From Guillardia theta CCMP2712 (lineage: Eukaryota > Protista > Cryptophyta), in assembly GCF_000315625.1 (NCBI RefSeq), contig NW_005434659.1, positions 633,788-697,787 of the forward strand: a stretch of 64,000 bases of DNA. Reading direction: 5' to 3'. The number at the start of each line of letters is the position of its first letter. The stretch's first letter is position 1. The notes beneath the pieces are model-generated. The model did no database searches. It had not been told where the DNA came from and saw nothing but the letters and a program-made list of their open reading frames with translations. Positions 1 to 10,700 of this stretch are shown one piece after another. Both the position numbers and the translations under genes were made by a program.

Positions 1-469
1 CGATCAGATTGACTTGACACGCTCGCGGAAGCACAAGATGGATGCGATGAGTCATCCGCAGCATTGAGAGCGTACATGTGAGCTTGTAAGATCATGTGAA
101 GGTCAAACACGAGCACCTCTAGGCACGCTAGCCTTCCACTGCCCCCTTCCCTACTCGTCAACTCTCCCCTCCCTCGCTCCCTCCCTCCCTCCCGCCCCCT
201 GGATTGCTCGAAGGTGATGGGTCTTTCCACGCCATTCTCTTCTCTTCGAGGAGCACGCTTCTCCGAGTATACCATCATTCTTGTCTGGCTTATGATGTGC
301 AAGCTGTCAAAGAAGCTAACATTTGACACGTTTAGTACCCAACGCATGAGTCTGCTTAGTGTGAGGGAGGGAAGATGGAGCAGGGGAGGCACTAGCATGA
401 GTGCTCGAATGGTGCAGTCAACGTCTGACGCTCTTCCGATCTTCATGATCGCTTCGGGCAACAACCCCT

Positions 470-806
470 TCAAGGAAGAACCATAGGCATTCCCTGCATG
501 CTCTTTCAGCTCGCAACTTCAGTAAAGTCACTCACAGTGGATGAGCCCACGATGAGAGGCTTGCCGCCGTCTTGGGTTGGATGGAGGCCATAGCTGGCAC
601 GATATCAGAGTTCGAGGGCACGCACGAGTACAAAACCTGTCGTAAGGTCCAAAGCCTGGCTGCCAGTCGGGGACTCCAACATTGAGGTTGCCAATCGCAG
701 GTCCATAGGGTCCAACCTGTTTGAAAATGGTGACATCAAACCGAAGGGGGTGGTGGACGCGAACCTGCTGATTCAGGGATTGTAGCTTCTGAATGTCTGC
801 GAACAT
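470..806 (-). CDS. Spliced microprotein (~67 aa, 4 coding exons), unknown function
   Basis: Joining three short GT-AG introns gives MFADIQKLQSLNQQ|VGPYGPAIGNLNVGVPDWQPGFGPYDS|YGLHPTQDGGKPLIVGSST|GMPMVLP* with consistent phases; TGA at 470-472. The ATG directly follows a CTGAC...CTAG acceptor, so there is a 5' UTR intron or an unseen upstream exon. Confidence 0.55.
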
Positions 807-1294
807 CTAGAGCGGGGAACGTCAGGCTGACGAAGGCAAGACAAGGTCTCTACGGGTTCATTTCATCGCAGCCTTCCATGAATTCTTGCTCCTCCTCACT
901 CATCACATTCTTTTCCTGCCTCTATCCTCCTGCCTCCTCCCCCTCGCCATCTCCTCCCCCTTCACCGATCGGTACTCTCTGCCATGCTTCCCCATAATAG
1001 AAGTCCGTTTCAACGTTTCATTTTCCGTTGCATCATACCGTTACAAACCATTTAGGCCATGTTGAGGCGGGTTTGTAGGCGGGTTTGTAGGTACTCGGGA
1101 TGTTTGATTGACTATAAAGTCTGTAACAAACAGCGCATAACCTCCACCATGTCGTTTGCTCGGACAAAGTCCACCATGTCAATGGCACGAACATAATCAA
1201 ACATGGTCTTGCGAACGACTTCTAACATGTCCCTTGCGCGATCTCCGTCCTCCGCAAACGTCATCTCGTAGAGACGTTCAACCTTTCCGACAGG

Positions 1295-1592
1295 TTGATA
1301 CGAACCAAGTCTGCAGCAAGTTTTCGAAACACCATCGAAGCTGTCGTGCGCAAAGACATTGTGATCTCTCTCGAGCCCCAAGATGTTGTGAAAACTCTAG
1401 AATCCAAGCTCTCTCGCAGGCAGATCTTTGTTCGTACAAAGGAAAAACCGAATCATTCTGTCTGTGCTCCTCGCGTTCGTCTCAGTCTGCCGTACATATC
1501 CATCTATTCTCACTTTTCACCGGAGCAAGATCATGTCTGCAGGTGAGCCGCCATTGATCATCCCGTTTGCAGCATCTTCTGAGTGCAGAGGA

Positions 1593-1628
<36 letters not shown>

Positions 1629-2340
1629 ACGATGACGATGACGATGTCGACGACGATGTCGACGACCATGAGAATAATGATGATTGGAGCAAGAGAAAGG
1701 AGGCAAGCCTGCGGGCAGAAGATGACTCAGTGAGGGGACATATTGGGAGGAGGGAGTTTGAAAAGCGGATGAGAGGGGAGTAAGGAGTTGGAAGGGGGCA
1801 GAGGCTATCTTCGTACAACATGGTCCACATCAATGCTGTTGTCATCATTGAGAGATTTTTCCGATCATACCGCGTGCGCAAGCGAGGAGGAGAGTTGCTG
1901 GTCCTGCCTTCACCATACTCTGAGACTTCAACTCTTCTCCCTCACTGCCGCTCTCTTCTGTTTAGCTTTGCTCTCGTGCTCCCTCCGTCCTTTTCCTTGC
2001 TCCTGTTCTCATCCTTGTTTGCCTTCTTTCCATTTGGACTCTCCTTTCACTCCTTTGATGCAATTTAGGTTTCGAAACCATCGCAAGCATTGGGGGTATG
2101 TTCGGCCAGATTCAATGGCATTGAAAGAAGACACGCCTCAAGCGGTTGAAAAATGGGCTTGTTGTCCTCTGCCTGCTCTACTTCATCCCACCGCAGTTGC
2201 TCGCTGCTGGTTGTTGACTTCAAGAGCCTGGCCTCTCCTCCTGCAAAACCTTCGGGCCGAAGATCCATGTGCCTTCGTCGTCGAGATACCAGACCAACGT
2301 GTTGATACTTGCCTCTTCCTCCTCTGTCATTCTCGTTGAG
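1295..2340 (+). CDS. Possible hypothetical protein fragment with acidic tract and IQ-like motif
   Basis: Exon-like segments with splice sites (1543 gtgag; 1730 gtgagg); NAVVIIERFFRSYRVRK resembles an IQ calmodulin-binding motif. A full model could not be closed. Confidence 0.25.
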
Positions 2341-2556
2341 GTGCAAAAGAGTCGGCGAGGGAGGAGAGAGGAGAGGAGCATCGGTGGGTGTTGGTGACAA
2401 ATCCGGAGTCTCTCATTTCTACATTCAAGTGATTCCTTCACCTTCTTCTCTACAGTAAGGCGTTAACAACAAGCACTGAACAGCGACTTGCAACAAGCCC
2501 GCATCAGGCTCTGACAGGAAAGTCACAATTGCAAGGACACAATCGGACTCAGAGAC

Positions 2557-3520
2557 TCACCTAGTAAGCGATCGGTGAAGAAGATCCAGTACGAGGCCCA
2601 TCTTGACATTCAACGCAGATAGGTCCTGCTTCAAGCCATCGAGCTGCTCATCGACCTGAGTGAATCTCGCGTCGACTTCCTCCTTCAGATCCTGCACAGC
2701 ACCAAAAACATTCCTGTACGACGTGTAAATAAAAAAAACGGTATGCTTTCAGGCTCCACCATCGATGTCAAATTGAACTCAGACACGAGAGAAAAGAACT
2801 TGCTTAAACACCAACTGACCATCTTAAAGTCCTCTCTGTTGCCATTCATCAACAACCCCATCGCTGCAATCTTCGTGTCTTCGCCAATCATGTCATCCTT
2901 CAATACATTCTACAGCCGATTGACCTGGATCAGCTTTTCAAAGATTTTGCCTGGCGCCTTTGTGATTTCAAAGCAGACGTATTCCCCCTGCATAATTTCA
3001 AAGTTCTCCTACGAGGCGCCCTCCTCATCGGGTTTGTTGACCACGTCCTTGAACATTGTTTCAAGATCAGTGACCCCATCAAAGGTCACGCACATGTTGG
3101 CTTGATACTTTGATATAGATCTCCAAAAAGAGTGTTGGAGACCTGTCACCTCTTTGCTGTTGTAGCTACCATGATTCAGTCGACTGATTTTGGCCGCATT
3201 CTTTCTTATGAGCCTACGTTTGGTGTCGTCATCCGGTTTGAGATCCTCCCATCGTTTGATATCCTCCCGTCGTGTAAAGTCTTGACTTGCACACCTGAAG
3301 ATAAAGCTTTCGTAAGGTTTCATCAGCGGGAGGTCGGCAGGAGATTTGAAGCACCTTGCCGCCCTGCATCCTCAGCAACCTTCGGGGCAAGCAGAGCATG
3401 TGGTTGCACCTCTGCGGCAAGCTCTGCCTGCGATAGCATGCAGAGAAAGGTACAAGGTAGCCGTGCACCTGATACAGCGAGAGGAGGTGCAGCAGCAGGA
3501 AGGAGAGCGCTCAGCTGCAT
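2557..3520 (-). pseudogene. Intronless decayed gene; PD-(D/E)XK nuclease-like core followed by a coiled-coil tail
   Basis: One frame reads through two TAG stops (3009-3011, 2910-2912): ...MCVTFDGVTDLE...*ENFEIMQGEYVCFEITKAPGKIFEKLIQVNRL*NVLKDD...; a 1-nt shift in the A8 run (2731-2738) restores IYTSYRNVFGAVQDLKEEVDARFTQVDEQLDGLKQDLSALNVKMGLVLDLLHRSLTR*; another shift near 3323. Pseudogene status is seen directly; the family call is inference. Confidence 0.55.
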
Positions 3521-4379
3521 TAATACGCTGAGGGGTACCAGGTGGGGTACCCCACCCCATCACCTTCACCCCTCCTTATGATGCAACAATAGACCCGTGG
3601 AGAGGGGTGGAGGGGACCCCTTCCGTATTTCTCGGTGCTTCTCTCATTTAAATCTATTTTACATATAAAACTATTTTTGCAGTAGAGCGGTGTATCAATA
3701 TGCGACACAGGACAAACGACGTAGGCGGGAGGGAGGGAGGGAGGGAGGGAAGGGGGGGGCGGGTAGAGGACGGGATGTAGACGAGACAGATGGAGGAGAG
3801 GCAAATATGAGAGTTGCAACATGAGGATCTCTGAGCTAGCTCAACTGACAAGAGTATCGGGAATTAGCGAATGGATAGATTTAAAGCAGCTCTTGTAGAA
3901 GATGCGAAGTAAAGCCTGAGATGAGACGAGATGTGTACGAGAGCTGATATGAGGGATGATGAGTGAGAATTTCTAGTCCAAGTGGTGCCTTGGCATCTCA
4001 TACATATCAGACTGATCGATTCTCGATGTGACTGCTTCCTGAGGCCATGTTTGCCAGGAGTAACAAACCTCGCCAACGTGTTATCAGCAAATATCTAAAA
4101 CAATATCTCAGCGGATTTCTCTTCTTACAACGAATGCGTTCATTTTCACTCCACAGCGCCTTGCTATGGCTTGCAATCATGCCGCTAGCGTTGTCGTTAA
4201 TAAGTCATCCTATTCATCTCATGCAAAGAAACAAGATGAGCGGTACGGATTTGCAGCGATGGTCCTCTTCTTCTCCCGATCTCCTCCTTCGTAAGTCTCA
4301 TCGTCAGTCCTCGGTGGGCTTGCTCTTCCTCTACTCTAGCTTGCGATGATGTCGATGACAGAAATCAAGTACATCCTCC

Positions 4380-6386
4380 ATGGAATCGGAGGGAAGGCGA
4401 AAGCCTGAAATCAGTGAGGATCAGAGCCTGAGGAGCATCTACAGAAAGAATGTTGCTCCTCATCCCACAGGGACCGTCACAAACAAGGCGATGGAGAGAT
4501 CAGGCCATATGCTGCGCCGTCCTCCTGCCTCTCGTCGCCTCTTCCAGAGGTTCGTCACTTTCGCCATGTCAAGGTTCCCCATGTGCGCGTTTGACCGTCG
4601 CTGACGTGCTTGTTCTTACAGGTTCCCCACCTCTGTGGTCCAAGGTGAGCAGGAGGAGGAGGAGGAGGAGGAGGAGGAGGAGGAGGAGGAGAGAGTGTGG
4701 TCGTGCGCTGACTGGCGACAGGGATCGGCTTCCAATCTCTGTCCAAGGATCTTTTCGATCGTTTCTTCTCCGGGAGCTTCGGGCCTGAAGACATCTCCAG
4801 GGACCTGGTAGACACGCAGGAGGTGACGGAGAGGAAGCAAGAGGGAGTTGAGTGGATCAACGAGTTCGAGGTGGTAAAAGACCTGGGGATGGGGTCGTTC
4901 GGTACCGTCAAGCTGGTCAGAGATTCCAAGAGCGGAGATCTCTACGCGATGAAGGTGTTTGACAAGGAGAAGCTTCGGAACAAGTGGATCGGGGCGACCA
5001 ATATGTTGGAGGATGTTGAGAAAGAGATCAAAATCCTGAAGCTCATGGACCATCCGAATTGCATCAAATTGTACGAAGTCCTAGACAACCCTGAAAATGA
5101 GAAACTTTTTCTCCGGCTAGAGTACTGCGAAGGAGGACAGTCAATGCTCTTCGACGCACCTGTATGTCATTTATTCTTGTGCTTGCCTTGCTTGTATGAC
5201 CTGTGTTTGTATCATCGAGCTTTTGTTTGTACTGGCTTGCGGAGCTTACGTTTTTGATCAGCTCATCTCCAGAATGAACACATGGTTCAGCACAGCTCCT
5301 TTCTCGATGGATCAAATCAGCGTAGAGCCGCTCTCAGAGGACACAGCACGCAGATACTTCATTGACCTACTGGATGGTGAGGAGGAGGAGATCCTTAGAA
5401 GAAGTGTGTTGGGAAAGGAGGTTTCAGATATGAAGAAAGTTGAGGTTGAGGTCGAAAGATGCGAGAGAGACTGAAATGCTTTCAGGACTCGAGTACATGC
5501 ATGACAACAACATAATCCATCGTGATATCAAGCCGGAGAACCTTCTTCTCACCAAGGACGGGAAGGTGACAACCTTGCATCCCCTGCCTTCTTGCATTCT
5601 CCCTGTCCTCTTTCTGCCTTGCCGCCTTTTCCCCGTTTGGCAGCATCCGTGACCTTGTTGTTGCTCCCTAGGTCAAGCTTGCGGACTTTGGCACCGGCCA
5701 AGTTCTTTCTGAAGGAGAAGACACCATCGCCTTCTCCCCTGGTGACCCTCCAGCCCTCTAGCCCTCCCGCTCCTCTTGATCTGAGCTCCTTCCAGGGACC
5801 CCGGCCTTCCTTGCACCTGAGGCCTGTAGGAAAGGACAATACAGCGGGCGAGCAGCAGACATTTGGGCGGCAGGGGTACGGCAGGAGGAGGAAGGAGAAG
5901 AAGAGGGAAGGAGAAAATGAAGGAGAAGAGAAGGGGGAGGGGCTGAACAGGGAGGGAGAGAGGGAGGGAGAGAAGACGAGGAGACGGCTGAGCAGTTCGT
6001 GCAGGTTACACTCTACACGTTCCTTCACGGTCGCTCTCCTTTCATCTGTGCGAATCCGCTGCAAATCTACAAGGTGAGGAGAAGTTGCTCTCCGACTTGT
6101 GACGTGCGTCAGATGATCCGCGAAGAGCCCATCGGCTTCTCCTCTCACCTCTCGCCTGATTGCCGTGATCTCCTCAGAAGGCTGCTGGACAAAGTAGGAG
6201 GCGGAGGAGAGGAGAGGAGAAGGGAAGGGAAGGGAGAGAGAGAGGGAGTGAGGGGAGCAGTTGAAGCTCAAGGCAGGAGGGAGCTTACGTGTCATTGGCT
6301 CACGAGGTGTGCAGGACTTCCGACGGCGAATCAAGATGAAGGAGATCCGAGAACATCCTTGGATCTTGCAAGGGAGTGCGGAGTGA
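4380..6386 (+). CDS. Ser/Thr protein kinase, CaMKK/GRIK(SnAK)-like, paralog 1
   Basis: Spliced exons give [49 protein letters not shown], and end [11 protein letters not shown] (TGA 6384-6386). INEF..V+DLG and the GTPAF.APE signature match the CaMKK family. 5' end uncertain. Confidence 0.9.
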
Positions 6387-6420
6387 AGACGATGTCACTT
6401 GCAGGGATGGCACCAGACTT

Positions 6421-7698
6421 TCACTCCTCTTCCTCCTCTCCCCTCCCTCCCTCCGTGAACCGTCGGTATAGCTGCTGGTGGATTCCTCGCACCCTTGCCT
6501 GCCACCGTCACGCCTCAGCTCAGCAGCCTTGCTCCCCTCCTCGCGGTTGTCACCGTCGTCCAGGACGCCATGTACAGGCGCTGTTGTCGCAGAATCTCCT
6601 CCTGCTGGGATCGGTTGTCCAGCAGTAACCTAGTCAACTTTCAGCTCCTTGGCTCTTCTCCTCCCTCCCTCCCTCCCTCCCTCCCTCCCTCATCCTCTCC
6701 TTGCTCTGTGCTCTTAAAGATTTTCCTCCTCCTCTTCTGTTCTGCATACCCGATGTGATCCCCCTTGTTGTTTTCTCCTCCTTTGCCCTCCTTCTTCGAT
6801 GTCCCTCCCATCATTCTTCCAATCCCTCTCATCTCTGATTGCTCCTCCTCTCCCATCTCCTCACTCCTCTCCTCTCCTCTCCTCTCCTCTCCTCTCCTCT
6901 CCTCTCCTCCTCTCTCCTCTCCTCTCCTCTCCTCTCCTCTCCTCTCCTCTCCTCTCCTCTCCTCTCCTCACCTCCTCTCTCCTCTCCTCTCCTCTCCTCT
7001 CCTCTCCTCTCCTCTCCTCTCAACCTCAATTTCGACGGGATCTCCGTGTAGCTAGCGATGGCAACGACTTCTCTCAGCTCCAGGAACGGATGGGAGTTCT
7101 CCGCGAGAATCTAAGAGGCGTCAGGCATGTCCGGACAGGAGGAGGGGGAGGAACCGGCACTTGTGCGAGGAGGGCGAGATGCAGCGAACCAGAGACGGAG
7201 AATGAATCGCTGCTGGGGCGGCGGAGGAATAGGAGAGCAGCGAACTACAAGGATGAGAGGAGGAGGAGGAGGAGGAAGTAAATCCTTACCTCGGACAGCC
7301 TTGACAGCAGCGATGAACGATCAAGGAGCTCCCTGCCCCAAGATTGTTTCCTCCTCCCTCCTCCCTCCTCCCTCCTCCCTCCTCCCTCCTCGCTCTCCTC
7401 GCCATCCTCTACCTCGAACGCTCATTCCATAACGCTCCTTACCTGTGATACTCGACCAGCCCGTGGCAGCTCGACTGGAAGGAATCGGTCAGGGTGTGAA
7501 GGGACCAGAAGCAAGGCAGATGAAATCCGTATGAAGGGGCCGGGAGACAGAAATATGAACGAGAGAGAGGGAGAGAGAAAGCCGATGATGATGATGATGA
7601 TAATGACGTGATGATGATGATGATGATGATGATGTGATGATGATGATGATGATGATAATGACGTGATGATGATGATGATGATGATGATGATAATGACG

Positions 7699-7742
<44 letters not shown>

Positions 7743-10700
7743 TGATGATGATGATGATAATGACGTGATGATGATGATGATGATGATGATGTGATAATGA
7801 TGATACGGAGGAGGAAGAGGAGGAAACAACCAGTCCAAACTCATCTGGGACAGCAGAGAAGACATGGATGAAAACTTGAGCTTTCTTGGCGATCTGAGAC
7901 CAGAGGAGTGAAAACTTCGAGTCAAGAGGAGGGCAAGTGCTGACGTGGCAGAGCTGATGGAACCTCTTCTTCTTGTCGAAGAAGCCGAAGGTCGCAACGT
8001 GATTCTGAAGGTTCAAGTCGCTCAGGCGCTCATGGAAGTCGCTCGGACTACCAGCAGCGTCAGCTCCGTCCTCTCGTAGTCGATCTCGTCCGGCACGTGA
8101 TGCGGGACGTGGCCAAGGGCGACGGGGAAGAACTTGGGGGCTAAGGAACTGAGAGTGAGGAGGGAGGCGACCTGAGGAGAAGTCAGGAGAGGTCAGGCCG
8201 TTTGCTTCCCTCCACCTTCGTCAAGCTCGAGTAGAATGACGTTCTCTCACGAAACATCGCATGGAGGGTGATGACGACTCTGATATGGGGGAACGACCGC
8301 TGGTTGTCAACGACGAGGTGAGATGTTAGTATACAAGATAGGATGGAACTGCGAAGACTACCTTGACCTCTGTGATGACGGTCAGGAACTCGTTGTCTAC
8401 CGGGAAGATCCCATGCTCGTGCTAGAGAGAATGAGAAGAGAAGGCGCAAAGAGAGATCACCTGGACATGCACGAGTGCAATAGAGAAGAGCCTGCAGAAG
8501 ACAAAGACTTCTTGCCACGAGCTGGCGAACGCTACACCTGCCGCAGAGGGGGAAAGGAGTTAGAGGAGAAAGGAGTTAGAGGAGAAAGGAGTTAGAGGAG
8601 GGAAAGGGAAAAAGGTATGTTGACCGAGGAAGTCAGCACTGAAATGTTTGACTTTTTACCTGGCAGGTCGCTGAAGAGGTCGAGTGTGTAGGTCGAAACT
8701 CCACAATGAGAGCGGAGAGACTGAGAGGAGTTATGCGAACGACAAGATCGCAGGTTGTACCGATGCAAACACAAGGGTGCTCTTGTTCAACTCATCCTCG
8801 AACTTCTTCGTCGCCTCTCCCCATGACAATGGTGTTTTCTTCTCAGGTTGTCAGGAGCTGAAAGCAGACAGAGAAATCAACCCTGAGGGTTGACGGGCAG
8901 TAGTCTCTCCGGCTCTCCTTGTGTTGCTCGTACACGGATCGCATGACCTCAAGTTGCTGTCACTTTCCCTCCCCTCTCAGTCTCTTCCCTCGACCTCTCT
9001 CGCATGCTGCTTGTCTATGCTCAAGAACTCTCCCGTGCTCTCTTGGGTGAAGGCGTACCGAGCTCCCTCCCTTCCGGACAGCCGAACCTTGTACGCCTAC
9101 CATGCAGGTGGGGAGAGGAGAGAGGAGGAGGGATGCTGGATCAGGTAGAAGGGAGCGAAGGAGATGATCGTCCAAGATGAGAGCTTTGCCTTCAAGTCTC
9201 GCCAGCACGGGAGGTCAGTGATGACTGTTGGGACCCCTGACGTGCGATCAAATCCGTTGACTGTCCTCCTCCTTACCGGACGCCTGCGCTTCCCTCGGTA
9301 TCTGTCCCCAGCCCTCTCCCTGCTCCCTCGATCAGATTCTCCTCTCGAGAATATCCTTCTTCTGCTGCTCCTGTGAGATGCTGTTCTCCTCCTCTCCTTC
9401 TCTCCTCCTCTTCTCGTCAGTATCCTCCTGCTCCTACACCTACTCTCTCTCCTTCTCTAACTTCTCTTCTCCTCCTGCTCCTCTTGTTGTCCCGACCTTT
9501 GAAAGAGCGACAATGCAGTCTGTCTGCAGCCACAGGCGTTCGTACTCCTCCTCCTCCAGCAGCCCGAGCGAAAGATCGACCTTGTCACGCTGCTGCTTCC
9601 TCAGCACTGGCAGCAGCAGCCGCTGCTCGTTGTACCTCCATCTTCTCTATCCTCTCCATCCTCTCCTCCAGCCCGCGCAGGACATCCTCGTCGTGCCACT
9701 TGGCATGGACGCGGAGCAGCACGTCGGAGGAGTCGGAGAAAGTGTCGAGGAACACGTCAACTGTCTCGAGCACTCCTTTCCTCTCTTGCAAGTTCGCTAT
9801 CAGTGTGAACGTGAACTTCTCGCCTCTCCTGTCCACCTGCTCCTCATCTCAGCAGTGTTCCTGTCCTGGTCTGCGACTTGCCTCCCCCCACTCGCTGCTG
9901 GCTCTCCTGACGTTCGTTCCGAGGGGGAAGAGCTTGATAGGAAGGTGAACACCTGAAGTCATGGTGGTGAGCAGGCAAGGGCAGAGATTCTTCGAGTCTT
10001 CAGAGGAGGAGGAGGGAGGCGTGAAAGATTTTCGAAGGCAGGAGGAGAACAAGGATGGCATGCTGGAGGTTCAGAGGGAGGGAAGCGGCAAGGAGAATGA
10101 AGACCGGGGGCAAAGCTTTCACAGCACAGATAGCGAAGAATTCACCAGAGGCCCAGAAATTTTCTCTCTGCCAGGAGTCTGCCGTCCAGACCTCACTCGC
10201 TCGGTTGTTGAGGATCTCAACCCTGAAACTCGACTTGCTCATTCTCGTCTTCCTTGGCGAGGGCAGAACAACTTGAGTATCACTCACCATGATGAGGGAA
10301 GCCGATCAGATTCAAAGAGCGTCAGGTAGATCCTGTACTCGAAGGACGTCCTCTGACTCCACGAATGAGAGTGCGCGCGAAAAAGATAACCATGATACAA
10401 CCATGATGAATGTGACTATGGTGAAGTTGAGAAACGAGTTGTGGATGATGCGGGGAATTATGACAACGACGATGACGACGACTACCACGAGGGAGAGGAC
10501 GACAGAGATGATGATGGAGTTGATGATGGAGTTGATGATGGAGATGGAGATGGAGATGGAGATGGAGATGATGATGATGATGATGATGATGATAACGAAG
10601 ATGATGATGATGGAGATGGAGATGATGATGATGATGATGATGCTGATGCTGTTGTAGTCTTCAACCTCGACAGGGTATCGATAAGGCTCCACGACGACGA

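Noticed and set aside
1-330. 3' end of a plus-strand gene entering the window
   Set aside because: Exon-like but too short, with no recognisable motif to support a call.
2557-3323. Stop-codon reassignment (TAG=Gln) or readthrough
   Set aside because: The same gene also has frameshifts and the intact genes show no internal TAG/TAA, so decay is simpler.
6765-8016. Poly-His, poly-Ile, SSPLL and RRGEE repeat proteins in the ORF track
   Set aside because: Translations of intronic microsatellites; the same applies at 10.3-10.8, 12.7-13.0, 27.0-27.2, 50.0-50.6 and 57.0-57.6 kb.
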